Shown: positions 13,491 to 25,901 of the stretch, one piece after another
Layout of the letters: each line of letters begins with the position of its first letter
How positions within the stretch are numbered: position 1 is the stretch's first letter
Source of the DNA: Paramecium tetraurelia
Lineage: Eukaryota
Length of the DNA: 64,000 bases
NCBI GenBank assembly: GCA_000165425.1
Contig: CT868318.1
Coordinates: 399,067-463,066, forward strand
Direction of reading: 5' to 3'
Notes under the pieces: model-generated
What the model saw: the letters and a program-made list of their open reading frames with translations, nothing else
Told to the model about the DNA's origin: nothing
Database searches by the model: none
Made by a program: the position numbers and the translations under genes

Positions 13491-15091
13491 ATGATGAATC
13501 GTTACTCCTTGTATTTTAAAGATATAAAGTTGGAAGATTCATATCAAAAATATTGGCTAGACATTAATAGAAGGCCTTTGTTGAAAAGATTAGTAATTAC
13601 AACAACTTTAATTCAGATCACAGATCTGATATAAATTATAGCTACATAATAATACGAACTACTTAATTGGAATTATGTCCTTGTTCATTACTTATCTCAA
13701 TTGTTTTTAAATATCATCCTTATCTTAATTTTAATTTATAAACCTAAACATGTTAGAACAGGACTTTTAGTATATAATCACTTTTTTGCCACTGTATTTG
13801 TAATTATTGAATATCAGAAAGCTACATATTCCATAAACTATTCAAAGATTGTTTAATTGGGTATAATTGGATCATAATTAATAATAATTTTATCATCTGA
13901 TTTTATTTAAGCAGCTTATTAAGCAAGTGTTTTCCCTTCTGTATACATTTTTATATGGTCATATGGTGAGGAATCAATTTATTATCCTGGATTTGTTGCA
14001 ATGCTGTTATCAGGATTAGTCATATTATAAGGTTTATATGATCATTAAGTAGCTTTAAGATCATAGTTTTAATTAGGTTTTATTGATAATCAATGGGAAA
14101 ATATATTTACATAGTTAATTAGTGAATAATATCTAATATTTTATTTTGATAATCCTACATTTAGTTTTTAATTATCGAATTCTAAAAATTACATCTATAA
14201 AATAGATACAACGTAATAACTTAAAACATATTTAAGAGCAATAAAATTAAACAAAAAATAAAATTTTGAGTAATTTTGTTATGAATAGATTCAAAATCAT
14301 ACCAATTTTTCAAAGGATGATCTAAAATAGAATTTGTCAATTGTATTTTAGGGTAAAGCTTAAATTATTTAATATTCAATATTTTATAGCGCTAGACCTT
14401 TAATTCTGTTATAAATAATTTCTAAAGATAAATATAGCTATGAGGACGGAAATATAAATTAATAAAAAACTTTAAGTTTGAGATTAAAAACTACTAATTT
14501 TAAATATAAAAAGTTTATTTATTTTATTATATCAGCCCACTTAAAAAAAAGGTGTAAATGATATATCCGGCATCGGTTAAATCTTTTATCAAAAATTAGA
14601 AAAAATATGCCTTTACGCCCAATTTATAAGAATATATTCCACTCCTCATAGCATTTTATCCGGTATAAATATTTTAATTAGAATATTTGTTCTAAAAAGT
14701 ATGTTTTATTTATTAAGATTATGAGATATAAATTGATAATAAAATCATTTTAATCACAAATAATAAAGAACTATTGCTAATGTTTTTTATTGAAATTATT
14801 GAAAAAGCAATATCAAAGCACTTGAATATATCAACATTAATCTTAGAAAATTCGTTAATTTGCGTCAAATTTAAATGCTATTATTCCAAAAAATCTCTTG
14901 ATTCGTTGATCCATAAAATAAGCCTTTATTCAAATTTTATTAATAAGATAGAGTTTGAAGATCAATGTATAAAAACATTAAATTTTAGTTATTGGACTTT
15001 ACATTCATAGCATTTCTTAATAGTTAGGAAATAAATTATAATTACTTCCATCAAGCCAAAACTAATTACCTTAAAATATATTAATTACTGA
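13491..15091 (+). CDS. Multi-pass membrane protein with a soluble C-terminal region (ciliate sensor-like family); 3' end uncertain
   Basis: MMNRYSLYFKDIKLEDSYQKYW followed by about 5-6 hydrophobic segments (LFLNIILILILIY, FVAMLLSGLVIL). One predicted intron near 14513-14535. Confidence 0.5.
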
Positions 15092-15358
15092 TCGCTGACA
15101 AATTCTTACTCTAATTAATGATTATTTATTCTACATATCACAATAATTATTAATTCCTTGATTTAAATAGAAAAACAAAATGATAATTTAGATTAATGGC
15201 CAATTTCAAAGTAAAAATTTTGTGAATAAAGATTGACTATCAATCATAAACATATTTTTAGTCACAGTATTTGCTAACTTATAAGCAGATATTAAATTCT
15301 GTCTATTTGACTTTCATAAAAATACTTAAAATAGAAAATAATATATATTATAAATATA

Positions 15359-18300
15359 ATGAATGAAACATATTAAAATCTGGTGTTATAGTATTTTGAA
15401 AAATTGAAAAAAGTGCTTCCCCAAAAGCTAAATTCTTATAAAGAGACAATACATAAATTCTAGGGATAGGATAAATCCTATTTTGGAGATCATATAATCG
15501 CATTCAAATAGGGAATGCAAATCAAATAAAGTAAAATAAAGGAATTGACGTTAACAACCCTAATTGTAAATTTTGATTACATTTTAGACCTTAGTATCAA
15601 AAGGTTATATTGATGGGGGCTTACAAGACAACACAGAAAACTTTTAATAATCTGATTAAATTGAAATAACAGACACTGCAGGTAAAAAAAGAGAATAACC
15701 TATTAATGTGATTGAATCACTGATACATTTAGTTCAATAATGCTTAGTAGAAAAGGATGAGATAATTTCATTAGCATTAAAATTATTGATATCGCTTGTG
15801 ATGAATCCATATTGTAATATGTAATATCATGAGTTAACGAAAGTTATTAAAACAATAGTCTATATTTATGCTCAATCAAAGTCTTAAAATATTGACAGAT
15901 TATGCAAAAGCATTTTCTTATAAATTATTTTGATAACATTTCAAGGAAGCAATAGCGATACCCTTGTAAAAATAACTCTAGATAATGTGATTAATAAAGT
16001 TTCTGAAATTAAATAATGTTAATATTGTGGGAAAGAAGGGAAGTTCGAATGTAGATAAAATAAAGTAACAGTGTGCTCTTATAGATGTAAGAAATATATT
16101 TAGGAGACATTGGAATTAAAATAAAAAAATTATGAAAATGCATAAAATCTCTTTGATTTACTAATTAGACTCTTATCTCCAAAATAGTAATTTTCAATAA
16201 CAAAGAAATTAAATTATTTTATTAGAGGGAATCTATTTCATATGTGATAATTATGATTTCTCTGTGGAGGCATAAAATATTTACAATTTGAGTTCATATT
16301 TATTGAAGTTCTGTTTATAAAATGAATAATAGTTATATTCACTAAGCTTTAAAATATTTTAAAGATTAACATTCAGTAAACATAAAGAAATGATCAACCA
16401 AATAAATATCTTCATTAATTAGATCTACATTAGTGTCCTCACAAACAAGAATACTACTGATTAACATAAGTAAACAACATTAGAATCTCTATGGAAGATC
16501 TTTCAAAGAAAACATGCCTCACTTGAGTTTTATTTGAATTATGATTGCAGTATAAAGCATGAATTTTTAATGGAAAATATTATCAATACATTGCACAGCA
16601 TTTTTTAATAAAATGAGTAATTCCGACCAGTGATCACACAAATTTATCAAGCCATTATTCTGGGCATAGAATCGACCTTTAATGAAAAGGCTATAAGTAA
16701 TTCTTAATAGGAGTAATAACAGCCTTAGGATATAGATGAAACTGTATTTATAAACTAATTAGAGATGCAAAGATAATAAAAGCAAGAAATATAAAAAGGA
16801 GTAGATCTCTTTAAAAAGAATCCTGAAAAAGGAGTCTCATTTTTAATAAAAGCAAATATATTATAAGATGATCCTGCTTCGATTGCTCGATTTTTAATTG
16901 AAAATAAAAGTTTGCCCAAAGAGTCTGTAGGATAATATCTAGGTGGTCACCATCCAATCAATATATAAGTGTTAAGTGAATACACAAATTTTTTGAAATT
17001 TCATAATATTATCGGTTGAATAAGCTTTAAGATAGTACTTAGATTTGTTTACTTTACCACCAGAATCCTAATAGATTGATAGAGTAGTTTAAAAGTTTGC
17101 TGATAAATTTTATGAAGACAATTAAAGCAATGCGTATTTCCACTTTAAATCCAGCAGCAGCATTTATACTTTTACTTATCTCTTAGTCATGTTATAAACT
17201 GATTTGCACAATCCAAAAGTTGTTGAAAAAATGAAATTAACAGATTTCATTAAATTGGCCAGATAAATAAATGATGGAGAGGATTTACCATCAGAATATC
17301 TCACAGTAACTTATCACTCAATTTAAAAAAATCCCCTTGCTGTTAGAGAATCTAATACACCTATGAATTCACTCACTCCTAATTAATATTAGAAATAGAT
17401 GGAGGAACTCTTAAAGAAGATTAAAGATTTAATAAAAAGATAATCTAATTCTAATTATATTTAAATTGATTAAGAAACAATTTTGTTATCAAAGGGTTTA
17501 TTTGAATAATTTTCAGGAAAATTTTTAGAAATACTGTTAGTAACTTATGAAAACACACCGAATGGTGATTCTTTAATTAAAAGCATCCTTTAATTAATAA
17601 AGTTGTCTTCAAAATTATCTATGAAAATTGAAAGTTTGGTTTAAGAAGTTATAAAAGTAGGGTTGAATAGTTTAAAAAAAGGAAGTACTATGTTAATGAT
17701 TAGTTTATTATCAACAATTCCAACTATTGGGAATTCATTACACGAATAAGGATGGAAATGTGTTTTAGAGGCTGTAAGTTAAATGGATGAGTTCAGATTG
17801 TTAGATTCAGATCACACAGAAAAAGTGTTTATGTGTTCAAAGGATTTAGATAATTCATCTATTGAGGAATTTATACTTTAACTATGTTAGTTATCAAAAT
17901 AAGAAATCATTTAAAAACATCGTATTTACTCTTTATAAAAACTTGTTGAAGTCAGTGATTATAATATGGATAGAGTCAAAGTCATATGGAATAGGCTATG
18001 GTCAATTGTAAGTCAGCATATTCAAGAAACAGTGTCAGTCAGAGTTAAAAAGATTACTATTGTTGCTGTTGATTCATTAAAATAATTAAATATGAAATTC
18101 TTATCGAAAGAAGAATTGTATAACATAGAATTTTAAAGAGAGGTCTTAAAGCCATTTGAATTAATCTACAATAATAGTGATATTGAGGAAAAGGAATTTG
18201 TATTGTTATGCGTAAAATAAATTCTTCAAAATAGTAAGACTTACATCAAGAGCGGATATAAGGTCATTTTTAATTTAATAAATCTTGGCTTAAAAGAAGA

Positions 18301-19853
18301 AAATGATACACTTTCAAAGTTAGCATTTGATCTCTTAAGATTTATAGAAATATAAGAATTAATATTGATCGATTTAATTTAAACCTATTAGATTCTAGGT
18401 AAAAAGGATAATGAAAATATGGCAATTAATTCAATTGATTTTGTTAAACAATGTTAACGTTTTATGATAACACAAGAGTAATAAACCTTGCAGGTTCCCC
18501 TCTTAGGAATTCTGTCAAATTTGGCAGGGGATAAAAGAATTCAAATATAAACTTAGGCAGTTGAAACATTATTTTACATTTTAGAAGAGAAAGGTAATTT
18601 ATTTAATGAGGAATATTGGATAATGATATTTTCTTCTGTTTTAAGACCCATATTTGATGAGATTTAATTTACTTTAAGTACAAATCCAGAACTCAATTAA
18701 TACTGGTTTAAGGATAGTTGTCAAAAAGTATTTCAAAATATTTCAAGTTTAATCAAGAAACATTACACTAAATTAAAAGGATAATTACCAGATTTTCTAA
18801 AATTATTCTAGAATTGTATTCAGAATTAGAATGAAAAATTAGCACAACTAAGTATTTAAGCTTTCAAAACTATGATTATGGAGAAAGGGTTACAATTTGA
18901 ATAGAAAGATTGGGAATTAATATTGTCATTTATTCAATAGATGCTTAAATATACGATACCAACTAAACTTAGAGATATCGACTAATCTGTGATTAAATAA
19001 GAATAATAAGCTAGTCGTAAACTATAGCGATAAAAATCACTGTAAACTGTTACAAACAATATAATTAATGAATGCTACAGTCAATGTGCTGCTTAATTAC
19101 TATTAATTTAAACCAGCAGAGACATTTGCGAACTCTATCATTAAAATTGGAGTCTAAGTTAATTAGATAATCTAGAAGTCACCTTCTATGAATCATATTA
19201 ATTTGCTAAGTTATTCAATCAATAGATTGAACAAAGATACAATATTTGGAAGTCAGGATTCATGTAAGATATGAATGTGCTTCCCGGTTTACTAAGACAA
19301 GAAAGGGAAGCATTTTCTTGCATGATTATGATTATCTAATTTAAAATAGAAATTTTGAAATAAGAATAATTGAAGGTACATCAACAAAACTAGGAGTAAG
19401 TTAATGAAGAATTACAAATTAAAGAACCATATGAAGTAGTTTTAAATAGGTATTTACATATATTATTGGACTCTATTAAGTAATTTAATTCTAAGCATAT
19501 TTAATTTATTAATCAATAACAAGAAAGTGGAGAAGATCCTCTCTATAAGATTAGGCAGTATGAAACGGAAAGAGATATTTAAAATCTCAGAACTCTATTG
19601 GATGTTTCTATTTTACCAAGAATTTTGTTATTGAGTGATTAAGAGGTAGTTTTAATTATTAATTTAGATAAAACTAAAATTAAATGAATTTTATGAATAA
19701 TTGTTGAATGCATGCAGCTTTGTCAGTGAATACTGCATATTACAAATGGGGTGTTAGGATTGTAAAAAGTGTGTTAGATGCTTAAATTAATAGAAAAATA
19801 ATCTGTTTTTTCAAATAAAGAAATGCTTACTAAAATTGTTTGAGTTAAAATGA
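15359..19853 (+). CDS. SEC7: Large Sec7-domain ARF guanine nucleotide exchange factor (BIG/Sec7 type), with an apparent +1 frameshift near 17008
   Basis: HUS motif FYLNYDC. Sec7 domain GVDLFKKNPEKGV..VGQYLG..FTLPPESQQIDRVVQKFA..YLLVMLQTDLHNPKV. HDS region YSLQKLVEVSDYNMDRVKVIWNRLW, VDSLKQLNMKFL. Confidence 0.9.
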
Positions 19854-19871
19854 TTATATATTATTATAAAA

Positions 19872-20670
19872 ATGGATTAAATATTTATTTCTGGTATTGC
19901 AGGAGGCTCAGCAGGAATCATTACAGATTTTATCTTTTTTCCTATTGAAACAATAAAGACCAGAATCTAAGCATCCAATAATAAAGTTGATTATTTCAAA
20001 ACAGCAGCCAAAGTAAATAAATACAAAGGAGTATATCCATCTTATCTATTATTTGAAGCTTTTATCATAAATCACAGTCTCCTTTCCATCAGCATTCATA
20101 TTCTTCTCCACTTATGATACATCTAAAAAATATGGTTGTTCGCATATGATAGCAGGTGCATTAGGTGAGTTTGTAACAAACATCATCAGAAATCCTTTTG
20201 AAGTGGTCAAAAACCAAATGCAAGTAGGTTTAGATGCAAGTGTGAGAGACACACTGAGATCGATCTATTATGGTTAAGGATTTAGAGGTTTCTATGCCGG
20301 ATTCACTACTATAATAATGAGAGAAATACCATTCAGTGCAATTCAATTTCCAATATATGAAAATATGAAGATACACTTTGGAAATGACGGATTTGTAGAC
20401 CATGCATTAAATGGGGCTGTGGCAGGAGGCACAGCAGCCTTTTTAACTACACCATGCGATGTTGTGAAATCTAAATTAATGACCTAAAGGAATCAATTTT
20501 ATGATTCTCTCAGAGGTTGTATTAAGTCGATTTATGAGACAGAAGGGATTCTAGGTTTCTTTAGAGCTGCCCATATTCGAACTATGTAGATCTCAACATC
20601 AGGAATTATATTTTTTAGTGCATATGAAAGATGTAAATTTTATATTTCATCATTCAATAATAGATCATGA
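19872..20670 (+). CDS. SLC25A26: Mitochondrial carrier protein, S-adenosylmethionine carrier-like
   Basis: Three Px[DE]xxK motifs (FPIETIKTRIQ, NPFEVVKNQMQ, TPCDVVKSKLM) and REIPFSAIQFPIYE. Confidence 0.85.
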
Positions 20671-22575
20671 TTATAGCTTTTTATTGAGATATTCTAAAAG
20701 TGAATAAGAATTAAGGACATTTTCCAATCTATCTACAAAAGATATATGTTTCCCATGTAATATTCTGTATGTCTTATTCTCTTCAACTGTAAGTTTCTCT
20801 TTTATTACATGAAATCCTCCATTCTGTAAGATTTATGGTAAATGATACTCGCTACTCATCTTGTTCTATAGTGTATATTTTCTTGAATGCTTTCCCTTCA
20901 CTTGTATTTCTAGTTTATCCCACGTTTCCTTTGAAATTGATAGAAACATTCCTTGCTCAGTATTTGTATGCACATCATAAATCTATACTCTTATGCCTAT
21001 AGGTTTATCTTGTATACCCAAATAAGACATTGTGAATGGTATTTTATACATGCTGTGTTGGTTTGCTAATTTTATTCTAAAATTTACTCAAAAACATTCT
21101 GCAATTGCATTCACATGACAAATCAACTGATAAAATGGCATTCTCTTTAAATCTTTCTTGATCGTCTGCATCCAACTCTTTAGTAAAGGTCAATAATGTA
21201 TAACAGTTGCATAGAATATTACAAATCAGAAGAGAATCAGCTTAATCTAGATTGCTAACATTTAATCCTAATTTCTGGCATACATTATCATACTAAATTT
21301 AAGTATGTCCCATTGCTTTAACTTTTGATTATCTTGGACCTACCATTAATTTAATACTTACCATAAGTCTCATATGTGTTGCTCAAAAATAACTCAAAAC
21401 ATTATTCTCTAGAATTATCTGCAATAAAAATAATTCTTTAAAAAGTATTTTTATCCCATATTTTTATTAGGCACATCTAAACTTTTGCCTAACTTTTATT
21501 TGGCATTGTTATTTAGGTACCACTCAAAATTTTATTGATTTATTGAAATTTTTGAACATTAAAAATTCTATATAAAAGCTCTTCTAAATCATTTACTAAT
21601 TTCTATATAAATTAAGTCAATTTTTATTAATTTTTAACAATGTAACTTCGTATATTGTAAACTTTATGTTTTGGTTTTACAGTATCATTAGATTTTTCCA
21701 AGTTCTCTTAAATTCTAATCATTTCCTAAACTTCCTCTCTTTCGTAATCATCTTAACCATATATATCAAAGAATTAATCTAATGAACTTTAATCAAACTA
21801 TAAATCTAATGCAATTGTGTTTAATATCAATCTAAATATTCCATCCTCTAAAGGATACAACTATGGAATGCATTATTCATCACACAATTATATCTTGTCT
21901 CCATCATTTAATAAACTTTATGGCTATGCATATATTGATATTTTTTGCTCTCCTTCTTCTTCTTTAATTGAAATGAATGGAATTATCAAATATTAAATAA
22001 ACTACTTAAAAGTAGTAATACATTTCAGCTATTAAGTGTAAGGCAAGACATTCTTATAATCTATGAATTAAATTAAGTCCTTTATAATAGATAGTTCAAC
22101 ATATTCAATTTTAGCAGTTGAATGTTCTTATTTAGAATTGATTGAAATCTTAATTGACAATTCTTTATTCTTCTACACAACACCACAAGATATTTCATAT
22201 AAAACATTGTCAATTAGTGCTTTTTTCACAATTGTTTAATCCGTAGTTAAATTTATATTGTATTATTTTGATTAATCCATCTCTAAATTAATGTTAAAAT
22301 TTATTACAATCTAAAATTGTTAAATTCAAATCTATTGTAAAATCTGTGTCATTTATCATAGATATACTATTTATTTTCGGTTCATCGGTGTCAACTAATC
22401 CATTAATTAAGTTATGAATATCAATAGTACTTTATCTCTCTTATTTCCTAATTTATAAACTTTGAATCTTTTAAGATTGGTTTGAAGCAACACCAAAGCT
22501 CATTCTTTCTTACATTATTCCAGGCTAAAATTCAGAACTTTAGTGTTATTATGTTGAAATTTAAGAATTTTACAA

Positions 22576-22606
<31 letters not shown>

Positions 22607-24018
22607 TACTATTATTATTATTATTATTATTGTTATTATTGTTATTATTGTTATTATTGTTATTATAGAATTTGTTATTGTTATTATTATTATTGTAGCA
22701 ATTTCATCTTTTCTTGAGCTGTCTCTTATTCCTATAATCGGAATTTTATTTTTAAAGCCTCAGCACTTAACTAAGTAATCTTATCTTTTAATTCTTCAAT
22801 CTCTACCTCTCTCTCTTTCCTTTAATTTTGAATTCTTTTATTCTCCTTTGTTAGTTCATCAATTTTTTTTTCTAATTCAACTATTTTTGGTTCTTATTTT
22901 TTCTAACCTTAAGATTTCATAAATGTATCTATTTTTCTTTATATAATTTATTCAATATCATTTTAAGATTATACTGGCTAGCTTTAAACTAACTATTAAA
23001 TTATTTAGGATGATACTTTTGGTGATTGTATACGAAAACTTCCTTTATGAATATTCGTCTATTATATTTTTTGCTATTAGTTTAGATCATGTCTATATGA
23101 TTGTGGTTTCACAGAATCAGGACGCTTAAAAGACTTAAATCCTTAGGCTTCACTAATGGATCTCTCAATAAATCTTGGATTTTAAAAAAGGGCTGTTTTT
23201 CCACTCTTTAAGGTTTTGAGTAATTGATGAACTTAAAAACAAACTTTTGATGAGTTCAATATTTTGCCCATAGGTTTTTTCTTAAAATATGCATTTAAAT
23301 CGATACCATGGGAATATAGTTATTGATGCTTTTTTTCAAATTAGAACCTCTTTCACTAAATAAAAATAACTTAGTAATTTGATGTTATGGTCCAAAATAC
23401 TTACGACCAAGTTTGGCTCCATTTATAAAAAATTATTAAAAATCTAAATCTTAACAAAATCCAAGAACCTATAAATTTTGAACAGTTTTTGCATAGAAAA
23501 TATACCCATTTAGAAGAAGAACAATATCTCTAGGTCTGCATGAATTTTTTATTTCCTTGAAAATCTGATCTAATTAAAAAGTAAAGCCATACATACGGTT
23601 CGTAATTCACTAAGGCCTTTTCTGTGATGGAAAGACATTTTTTGAAATCTTACAAGAAATAATAAATCCTGGATAAGTTTAGATGTGAGATCATATGTAG
23701 TTATGGGATATCTTATTCAAAGTATTTCAGGTTAAATTTTGCTACCTTCTTTGCCAAGTCTATCATATGAGCTTGGAAAAGCAGGACTGTTAAATTATTT
23801 AATGATTGCACACAATAAAAAGTAGGAACATCTTAAGACAATGAAATGGTTAGGATAATAAGATCAGGACTTTCTGGATATTCCTCAAACATTTGAGCAA
23901 ACATCTAAAACAGTTCGTATAAATTGGAAGGGTCTTTATTTAAATTTTTAATGAAATCGATAGGTATTGACCTGCCCTTAGCAAAATTGTGGAGTATTTC
24001 AATGTAATAATTATTCAT
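20665..24018 (-). CDS. Large hypothetical protein: TPR-like N-terminus, coiled coil, polyQ
   Basis: MNNYYIEILHNFAKG..ISHLNLSRIYYFLQDFKKCLSITEKAL..GAKLGRKYFGPQHQIT... The segments read are continuous via short introns to ..LEYLNKKLQS*; the middle was not traced base by base. Confidence 0.65.
22575..22695 (-). repeat. (ATT/GTT)n microsatellite encoding a roughly 35-40 residue polyQ tract on the minus strand
   Basis: Minus strand reads CTA CAA TAA TAA TAA TAA CAA.. The 'poly-Ile' ORF in the track is its antisense. Confidence 0.85.
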
Positions 24019-24030
24019 ATTAATAAAAAT

Positions 24031-25323
24031 ATGCAATAGAATCCTTTATAGTTATTATTGAGCTTATTAGCAGCAAGAGAAGAAATTATATTTATGATAA
24101 GAATAATTGGCCATTAGATGCATGAGGATTGCAGAAATAAACTAGGAACATTACGGGAAATATCAGATGAAATCATGAGAGGGGAATAAAAAAGGGAAAA
24201 TTTGGAACATTATTTGTTTTTAAACTTGACTGAGAGTAATCGTAAACTATTTCTTCCCAAGGTGATTTAGAAATATATCAAAATAACTTAATATTATTTA
24301 GTCAAAACTCAGGTATATATTTTTGAATGAAGTAATAGATATACTTTCCAAAGTAAGGATAAGTAATTTGTTAGGAAGTAATAAATTAACCAAACTTAAG
24401 GAATTCCATCTCCCAAATTCTTTAAGAATCACTTGTAACCATACTGAAGTTTATTTGTAATCTCTAAAAACAAAAGCTAAAGCACGAACTTGCTCAAATG
24501 TTCAATTATGAATTGTATAAACCTATTTAAAATCAAGAGAGGACCGTTGTAATAGAAATGAAAAGTTTTATTCTGAACCGCTTGTCCTAGGAGTAATCGG
24601 ATTACGTTATTTGAATGAATTACACAAAAAATATTGTTATTCTGCATGCAGACATAGTATTCGAAATGTCTATGATGTTCTCCTTTTGGATGATAATACT
24701 AAACAATTATATCTATAAGGAGGAGGTAAGCATTAAAAATATAAATAGGATTTTCAAGCCTTATTAGTAGTATCACAAAATTAAAGGATAAATCAGTTGA
24801 TAACACATAATCCGTGTATATACCAGTGGAGAGTACTGTTGAAATAATTACTTAGAGATATGAAAAATTATTAAAAGAAATTCTGGATCAAAACTATCAT
24901 GTTCAAAAATCTGTAAATAGATATTATGATTAATACAAAAAATATAAAATGAAGCCTTTGTTGATAAAGGGTTATGCTACTCCGAAAAAATAGGAAACGG
25001 ATTTTAAGTCATAACGAATTTAAAAGAGGTCAATCGAATCTGGTCCCATCTTAAGTGATATGGGAAGATATTCTGAACCAATCAGTAGAAACCCTTTAAC
25101 ATAAGACTATTTAAATTCAGTTAGATCGAAACAAGCAAAGTGTAGAACATAAAAATAAAGCGACATTATTCTAAGTGGATTTATATCACCTAAATAATAA
25201 ACTATTGTCAGAAAACATAGAAGTTTAAAAAATTATGATCCCTCATTACTGAAGCCAACAATCTTATAAAATTTTTATGATTCTAATTTAAGGATCACTC
25301 ATAGCATTAAAAAGGCAGGATGA
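24031..25323 (+). CDS. Hypothetical protein
   Basis: MQQNPLQLLLSLLAAREEIIFMIRIIGH.. with short introns, ending ITHSIKKAG*. Confidence 0.55.
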
Positions 25324-25901
25324 TTTTTCATAAATATATAAATATGTATGTCTCAAAAATTAATAAAATCAAATTTCTTTTAATAAGTTATAAATCATAC
25401 GTTATAATCTACTTCTATTGTGTTTTCATATTGACATTTCAACTTGTTAATATTTCTTTTGATATATTATATAATAATTATATTGTATGGGGAAGATATG
25501 TAATTAAAAAGTATTTTTAGAACTATTTTTATAAAAATTACATTTTATATAAATATTTTTATATATTATATTAAATTTAGTTTATGATACTCTTTTATCT
25601 TATTTGTACATTTCAAAACTTAGATATAGATTGAATATTTCAGAAAATCAAATTCATCAGTTTTGAGATCTGCATTTGATAACCTAAAAAATGACATTCT
25701 CTTAAACTAGTAGATGCACTTAACATAAATATAACATGATTAATGTTTACGAATATTACTATATGAAATTATTTATGTTTAATTATCATTTTTTTCATAT
25801 CGCCATCGATGACAACATTATTATAATCAATTTTTTTATTATGTAATGATTGCCATAATTTCTAATTTGAGTATGAATATAATCATTTTTTCGATATAAA
25901 A

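Noticed and set aside
22482..22778. Poly-Ile 'membrane protein' ORF in the track
   Set aside because: It is the antisense of the TAA/CAA polyQ tract of the minus-strand gene.
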